A stretch of DNA of 64,000 nt from assembly GCA_050633305.1 (NCBI GenBank), contig JBOEGF010000013.1, forward strand, positions 1-64,000, written 5' to 3'. Below the pieces are notes generated by a model that had not been told where the DNA came from, made no database searches, and worked only from the letters and a program-made list of their open reading frames with translations. This stretch comes from Nannocystales bacterium (GTDB lineage Bacteria; Myxococcota_A; Polyangia; Nannocystales; Nannocystaceae). Of this stretch, positions 58,595 through 64,000 are shown piece by piece. Position numbers and translations under genes: made by a program. Numbering within the stretch: the first letter of the stretch is position 1; every line of letters begins with the position of its first letter.

Positions 58595-59097
58595 CCGACC
58601 GGGGCGTGCTTCGAACAACTGAGCGGCCGCATCGTGATACGCCTCGAACCGTGGTCTCCCGCGCACACACCTGCGTCCTGGCGCTCGCCCTGTTCGGCTG
58701 CAACGCCGATACGCCACAGCCACCCGGGGACCAGCTGGACCAGCTGGACCGGATCGAGGCCCGACTCGAGCGCATCGACGAACGGCTACGAGCCTTCGAA
58801 CACACGGTGGTGACCGCGAACGCCGTAGAGATCCAGCTCCCAAGACCCGCGGCCGCACCCGCCTTGTCCCGAATCGCGGTGAGCGTTACGCCAAGCCAGG
58901 TCTTCATCAACGACGGAGCAGTCGCCACCGTCGCGTTGCGGGCCGAACTCGAGAAGTTCGCGGCTGGGTCCCCTCACGCAAGCATCGTCATCCAGGCCGA
59001 CCAGTCCGTCGAGCACGGGCGAGTCGTGGAGGTCATGGATACGATCAAGAAGGCCGGTTTCACACGCATTGCAATTGCGACCCTGTCCGAGCCCTGA
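58591..59097 (+). CDS. ExbD/TolR periplasmic-domain lipoprotein with coiled coil
   Basis: LALFGC lipobox; VEIQLP; IVIQADQSVEHGRVVEVMDTIKKAGFTRIAIAT. Confidence 0.8.
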   Translation: MTDRGVLRTTERPHRDTPRTVVSRAHTCVLALALFGCNADTPQPPGDQLDQLDRIEARLERIDERLRAFEHTVVTANAVEIQLPRPAAAPALSRIAVSVTPSQVFINDGAVATVALRAELEKFAAGSPHASIVIQADQSVEHGRVVEVMDTIKKAGFTRIAIATLSEP

Positions 59098-59112
59098 GTA
59101 CCCTGCACCTGC

Positions 59113-60393
59113 ATGACGCAGGTCGTTCAGCTGCAGCCGCCGACGAACCTCGACTGGGCGCTCCCGCTCCCCGGTTCCAAGAGCATCACCAATCGGGCAC
59201 TGCTGTTCGCCTCCATCGCGCGCGGCACATCGACCCTCCGCGGATGGCTCGACGCCGATGACACCCGACACATGCGGGCGTGCTTGAGCGCGCTGGGTGT
59301 CGCGGTCGAAGAGAGAGACGGAGCGCTTGTCGTCCCAGGATCCGGAGGGCGTCTGTCGACCGACGAGGCCCCCGAGCTCTTCGTGGGAACGGCCGGCACG
59401 GTCGCGCGCTTTCTCCTGCCCGCGCTGGCCGGGAGCAACGTTGGCGCGACCATGGACGGAACACCACGAATGCGCGAGCGCCCGATGGCGATGCTCATCG
59501 ACGGTCTCCGCTCGATGGGCGCCGAGTTGCACTGCCTCGGCGAAGAAGGATTCCTTCCCCTGCGCATCCACCCGACCGACGGTTTGCACGGCGGCGAGGT
59601 CCGCTTGAGCCGGCCCGCAAGTTCTCAGTTCGTCTCGGGACTCGCGGTCGCGGCCACGCTCGCCGCCGGTCCTGTCGACATCGTGCTCGAGCAGGGCACG
59701 CCCGCCCGCCCCTACGTCGACATGACGCTGCGCGTGCTCGAGGCCTTTGGTGGACGCGGCTCGTGGAACGGCAACACATTGCACATCGAGCCGTGCTCCC
59801 TCGAAGCTCAGACGTACACGATCGAGCCCGATGCATCGGCCGCCAGCTACCCTCTCACCCTCGCCGCGATCCACGGTGGTAAGGCAACGGCTCAGCTCGG
59901 CAGCGCGAGCCTGCAGGGCGACGCCCGATTCCCCGAGGTCCTCGAGGTCCTTGGAGCTCGGGTCTCACAGACGGAGACCCGGACCACCGTCGAGGGCACC
60001 GGCACCCTGCGTGGTGGGGCATTTGACCTCACCGACATGCCCGACATGACGCTCACCCTGGCCGTCGCAGCGCTCTTCGCCGAGGCACCCACGGAGATCC
60101 GCGGCGTCGAGATCCTCCGGCACCACGAGAGCGACCGCCTTGCCGTAGCCGCGACTGAGCTCCGAAAACTAGGCGCCGAAGTGGACGAGCATCCGGATGG
60201 ACTCACGATCCGCCCCCCAGGCGCGGGTGTGCGCTCAGGGGTCGAGATCGACACCTACGACGACCATCGCGTGGCCATGGCCTTCGCGATGGCGGGTCAC
60301 GTGGGGATCCGCGACCCCGAGTGCGTGGGCAAAACCTATCCCGACTACTTCAATCATCTGCAGCAGACCGGTATGGTCGTCGCTCGCACATGA
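59113..60393 (+). CDS. aroA: 3-phosphoshikimate 1-carboxyvinyltransferase (EPSP synthase)
   Basis: LPGSKSITNRAL, GTAGTVARFL, RMRERP, SSQFVSGL, LRHHESDR, DDHRVAM, KTYP. Confidence 0.97.
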   Translation: MTQVVQLQPPTNLDWALPLPGSKSITNRALLFASIARGTSTLRGWLDADDTRHMRACLSALGVAVEERDGALVVPGSGGRLSTDEAPELFVGTAGTVARFLLPALAGSNVGATMDGTPRMRERPMAMLIDGLRSMGAELHCLGEEGFLPLRIHPTDGLHGGEVRLSRPASSQFVSGLAVAATLAAGPVDIVLEQGTPARPYVDMTLRVLEAFGGRGSWNGNTLHIEPCSLEAQTYTIEPDASAASYPLTLAAIHGGKATAQLGSASLQGDARFPEVLEVLGARVSQTETRTTVEGTGTLRGGAFDLTDMPDMTLTLAVAALFAEAPTEIRGVEILRHHESDRLAVAATELRKLGAEVDEHPDGLTIRPPGAGVRSGVEIDTYDDHRVAMAFAMAGHVGIRDPECVGKTYPDYFNHLQQTGMVVART

Positions 60394-61706
60394 AGCCTGG
60401 CGACACGATCACGGTTTGCGCGGAATCCCTCTCGCGTCACGGCGACGGCATCGCCCAGCACGAGGGTAGGGAGGTCCACGTTGCCGGCCTGCTCCCGGGC
60501 GAGACGGGAGACGTCAAGCTGGACTACGTCAGCCGGCAGCGCCTGCGCGCCCACGGCTCGGTCATCACGCGGCGCAACACCCACGCCGGCCGCCGTCCCG
60601 CGCCGTGCAAACACCACGGCCGCTGCAATGGATGCGCGGTCATGGAGATGGACGTCCCCGCTCAGCGCGAGCTCAAGGTCGGCGAGCTCAAGATGCACTA
60701 CGACCTCTGCGTCGATCGGGTCGTCTCGAGCGACGATGACGGTCTGCACTACCGCTGGTCCGCCAAACGTGTGTTCGCGGGCGAGGCGAGGTCCCTGGTG
60801 CTCGGCAGCTTCATGCGGGGCACGCACAACGTCGCCGACATGTCAGGCTGTCTCGTCGATCACCCCGACATCACCGCGGCCTGCGCAGAGCTCGTCGCCG
60901 TGGCCAACGACCTGGGCGCAGCGGCCTACGACGAACTCGACGAGAGCGGTGACCTCCGTTACGCGTGGCTCAAGACCGACGGCCGCGGCAACGTCCTCGT
61001 CGCGATCATCACCGCCGATCCGCTCGCCACGTTGGCGCACCGCATCGCCGAGCGGCTCGAGCTTCCGGCCGGTGTTGCCTGGGGCGTGCACTCGGGGCGT
61101 GGAAACGACATGCGGGGCGTCACCATCCGCCCTCTTCGCGGTCGCCAAACCCTCGCGATCGAGCTCTGCAACGAGCTGGTGCACGTCGGCCCACAGGGCT
61201 TCCTGCAGCCCAACCCCAAGACCGCCGCCCTCGCCTACCACGACCTGGTCCGCGTCCCCGCCGGCGGTTTTCCACACGGTCGTGTCGCACTTGACCTCTA
61301 CGCAGGAGCCGGCATCACGACCAAGCTCATGCGCGAACGCTTCGAGGTCGTCGTGCCGTGCGAGTCCTACCCCGAGAGCGCGCGAGCCCTCGGCATCAAG
61401 CCCGAGCTGGTCGAGGACTTCCTCGCGCCGATCCTCGCCGACCCGCATCACCCCCACCGCAAGCCCGACCTTGTCGTCGCCAACCCGCCCCGTGGGGGCT
61501 TGGGTGCGGACGTCTGCGGGCAGCTCAACACACTCAAGGCCCCGCGTCTGCACATCATGAGCTGCAGCCCCGCCTCCCTGCACGAGGACCTCCAGGTCCT
61601 GACCGGAAGCGACGGCGCGTACAACCTCATCCAGTGCCGCGCGTTCGACACTCTGCCCCAGACAGCCCACATCGAGCTCGTCGCCTGGCTTGTGGGTAAG
61701 GGCTGA
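60390..61706 (+). CDS. rlmD: TRAM-domain 23S rRNA (uracil-C5) methyltransferase, RlmD/TrmA family
   Basis: TRAM N-terminus, C..HG.CNGC Fe-S motif, FLQPN, LDLYAGAG, NPPRGG, MSC.P, D..PQT.H.E. Confidence 0.85.
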   Translation: MKPGDTITVCAESLSRHGDGIAQHEGREVHVAGLLPGETGDVKLDYVSRQRLRAHGSVITRRNTHAGRRPAPCKHHGRCNGCAVMEMDVPAQRELKVGELKMHYDLCVDRVVSSDDDGLHYRWSAKRVFAGEARSLVLGSFMRGTHNVADMSGCLVDHPDITAACAELVAVANDLGAAAYDELDESGDLRYAWLKTDGRGNVLVAIITADPLATLAHRIAERLELPAGVAWGVHSGRGNDMRGVTIRPLRGRQTLAIELCNELVHVGPQGFLQPNPKTAALAYHDLVRVPAGGFPHGRVALDLYAGAGITTKLMRERFEVVVPCESYPESARALGIKPELVEDFLAPILADPHHPHRKPDLVVANPPRGGLGADVCGQLNTLKAPRLHIMSCSPASLHEDLQVLTGSDGAYNLIQCRAFDTLPQTAHIELVAWLVGKG

Positions 61707-62350
61707 TGGACGCCCAACGGTGGGCGGCCCCCTCCCCGCTGCCTGGGCCCTTCTTCACCGAACGGCTCGAGGTTCGGCGCTACGTGCTTGGGGATGCACC
61801 TGCGCTGTTCGAAGCCGTCGATCGAGACCGGAAGGCGCTGCTCCCATGGCTTCCCTGGGCCGCCTTTGCGCACCGAGACGAAGCGGACACCCTCGCGTTC
61901 CTGAGGGATTGTCGTCGCGGGTACGCCTCGGTCGACGCCCCCGACTTCGCGATGGGCGTGTTCCGCCGCTCCGACGGTGAGCTTGTCGGGGGAACGGGCC
62001 TTCACGATCCTGTTCCGCAAGGTCGTCAGGCCGAGATCGGATACTGGATCGCGGCCGCAGAGCGCGGGCAGGGCCTGTGCGGTGAAGCCGTTGCGGGGCT
62101 CATCAGCGCAGCCCTGGGGTCCGAAGATGATGGAGGCTGGGGCCTGCGACGCATCGTCATTCATTGCGCCGCCCTCAACATCCGCTCGGCCCGCGTCTGC
62201 GAAAAGCTGGGTCTGAGACGCGAAGCGGTCCATATCGCTGACCGATGGTTTGAGGGCTGCGATACGATCCCCGCGGGCTACATCGACAGCCATACATATG
62301 CCGTGTTGGCGAACGAGTGGGATGTCGTCCGGGGTCATCCCCGAGATTGA
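61706..62350 (+). CDS. RimJ/RimL-type GNAT acetyltransferase
   Basis: TERLEVR, LPWLPWA, AEIGYWI..RGQG, NIRSARVCEKLG. Confidence 0.9.
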   Translation: MDAQRWAAPSPLPGPFFTERLEVRRYVLGDAPALFEAVDRDRKALLPWLPWAAFAHRDEADTLAFLRDCRRGYASVDAPDFAMGVFRRSDGELVGGTGLHDPVPQGRQAEIGYWIAAAERGQGLCGEAVAGLISAALGSEDDGGWGLRRIVIHCAALNIRSARVCEKLGLRREAVHIADRWFEGCDTIPAGYIDSHTYAVLANEWDVVRGHPRD

Positions 62351-62480
62351 GTTCGTCTTCGTACCTCCGACGGTAGTTGTCGGGGTCGCCCGATCGTTCC
62401 CAGATTTCTTCGGGAGCAAACTCCAGCGAGGACGGACGACGAGTCCGTGCGCACTTCGGAATCCCAGCTACGCTCCACGA

Positions 62481-63254
62481 ATGAGATTAATGACTTGGAG
62501 ACGTCGTTGCGCCATCTGCCTGATGGCGACCCTCCCGATGATCGGGGGTTGCGACGAAGAAAAGCAGGACAGCCCCATCTGCCCCGACGATGGAAGCTGC
62601 GAGGATCCGAGCGTCGACGATGATCCGCGCGGATGCGGCGAGCAAACGATCACCGTGCTCACCGACCTGTCCGTCGTCCCCGCAGGCTTCGAGCGAAGCG
62701 CCGCGGACATCCTGGGCTCAATCGAGGCGAGCTACGCAGGCGAGCTGACCTGGCGGCCAAACGACGGACCGATCAGCGTTGCCCACGCGGAGACGAGCTC
62801 TGCGCTCTCGCTCACGGTGACGCACGACGGCGGCGAAGTCCGGCTCGTCGAGGTGGAACTGGCCGGGCAGTACCCCAACGGACAAGAAGGAGGCGCGCCC
62901 TGTTCGAATCATCTGGAGATCGACACCGCCATCTCGTTTTCAACCGAAGACGGCCTTTTCGCGGAGACGTGGGATGCGACGGTCCGGAAGATCGCGGCCG
63001 AACACGAGTTTTCCGAAGACGGAACGCCGTCGCTCTACCGTTCGATCGACTTCGCGGCCCACGAAGGAACGCTGGCGACCTCGGACTTTGCCTTTGAGGG
63101 CGCACAACTCCAAGACGTGATCGTCACCGCCGGCTTCGGCGAAGACGAAGTCACAGGATCGCTGCTCATGGAAGTCCGCTCCGGCGACGACGAAACCGGC
63201 TGGATCGGGGCCGGAGACGTGGCCTCCTTCTCCGCAACCCCGCTCGCGGAGTAG
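62481..63254 (+). CDS. Hypothetical acidic lipoprotein
   Basis: RRR..hydrophobic..IGGC lipobox; TEDG.FAETW motif. Confidence 0.7.
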   Translation: MRLMTWRRRCAICLMATLPMIGGCDEEKQDSPICPDDGSCEDPSVDDDPRGCGEQTITVLTDLSVVPAGFERSAADILGSIEASYAGELTWRPNDGPISVAHAETSSALSLTVTHDGGEVRLVEVELAGQYPNGQEGGAPCSNHLEIDTAISFSTEDGLFAETWDATVRKIAAEHEFSEDGTPSLYRSIDFAAHEGTLATSDFAFEGAQLQDVIVTAGFGEDEVTGSLLMEVRSGDDETGWIGAGDVASFSATPLAE

Positions 63255-63270
63255 GGCCCGGGCCCGCGCG

Positions 63271-63819
63271 TCAAAACGGCCGCTGTCCGACGAAGTTGCC
63301 CGGAGGGTCGTAGTTGCACACCCACACCTGGGCTGTGCCACACGACGCCATCGCGCAGCCGACGTTGCGAGAGTCGGCCCAGACCACCTGCGTATAGTGA
63401 CCGCACACCTCCCCTCGCGCGCACCTATTCTTGCGCGCGTTGTAGTGCGCCGCCTCGTCGGTCCACGACCCCACCACCGCCTGTGGGCTCTGCGGAGCGC
63501 TGCTCCAATACAGGTTCTCACCATAGGGACCGCCGGTGCTGTGTTCGAGGTCGCAGCCACGAGAGGCAAGCTCGCCCGCCCAAGCCTCCGCCGTCGCGGC
63601 CACGGTGCTGGACCATGCGAGCGGCGGCGCACCGACGGCAGCCCGAGCTTCGTTGTGCACGCGGACCAGGTTCCGCACTTCATCCTGGGACAGGCTCGCG
63701 GAGGTTGTCGTTCCGGTTGCACTGGGGTCCGCCGCTCGGGGCACCGTGGCTCCTGGACCGCTCGGCTCAGAGACCGAGCCCGAACAGGCAAGCGTCGGGG
63801 CAACAGAACACACGAACAT
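63271..63819 (-). CDS. CAP/SCP (PR-1-like) domain lipoprotein
   Basis: HNEARAAVG, YGENLYW, CGHYTQVVW, VGCA, WVCNYDPPGN. Confidence 0.93.
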   Translation of the reverse strand: MFVCSVAPTLACSGSVSEPSGPGATVPRAADPSATGTTTSASLSQDEVRNLVRVHNEARAAVGAPPLAWSSTVAATAEAWAGELASRGCDLEHSTGGPYGENLYWSSAPQSPQAVVGSWTDEAAHYNARKNRCARGEVCGHYTQVVWADSRNVGCAMASCGTAQVWVCNYDPPGNFVGQRPF

Positions 63820-64000
63820 GAAAGAGAGGATTCGGCCCACCGGACCCTCAGTGTGTCCGAAACCGAGGCCGAGACCCCAACGAAACGACACACCACACCC
63901 ACACGAATCGGCGCAATCGCGCGGTTTTCTACGGGCTCGCCGCTCACGATGCGGTCGCCGTGCGCCGGCGCCAGGGGCGAGCTATGCTTCGAAACGCGAT

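Noticed and set aside
1..64000. Hundreds of long overlapping or antisense ORFs in the six-frame track
   Set aside because: Arg/Pro/Ser-rich shadow ORFs expected in high-GC DNA, overlapping better-supported genes.

Overview
GC-rich myxobacterial-type chromosomal window (Myxococcota, probably Nannocystales-like; inferred from MYXO-CTERM tails, Myxococcales Cys-rich repeats, zinc-finger Ser/Thr kinases and many S/T/G/D-linker lipoproteins). It is mostly accessory genes: secreted/lipoproteins, one- and two-component regulators, hydrolases, a frameshifted rtcB, several gene remnants and a MITE. An aroA-rlmD-GNAT housekeeping cluster lies near the right end. The best candidate for an undescribed system is at 26362-26783 (minus strand). 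There a 35-41 aa leader ORF ending in a Gln/Pro/His run (QQQPVVHHQQPQPPVPAAH, including the A-ending codons CAA and CCA) is followed by two hairpins and a tightly packed array of exactly the cognate tRNAs: Pro(UGG), Gln(UUG) and His(GUG), all with A37. This suggests codon-sensing attenuation of a backup tRNA operon. Other notable items are an orphan Tsi3-like T6SS immunity lipoprotein, a lipoprotein made of the flagellar hook FlgE D1/D2 domains, a protease ORF with an internal MYXO-CTERM running straight into a second lipobox, ExbD-domain lipoproteins, and widespread apparent leaderless promoters. All family calls come from motif recognition by eye and no searches were run. Start codons are my best choices and often lie downstream of the ORF-track starts.
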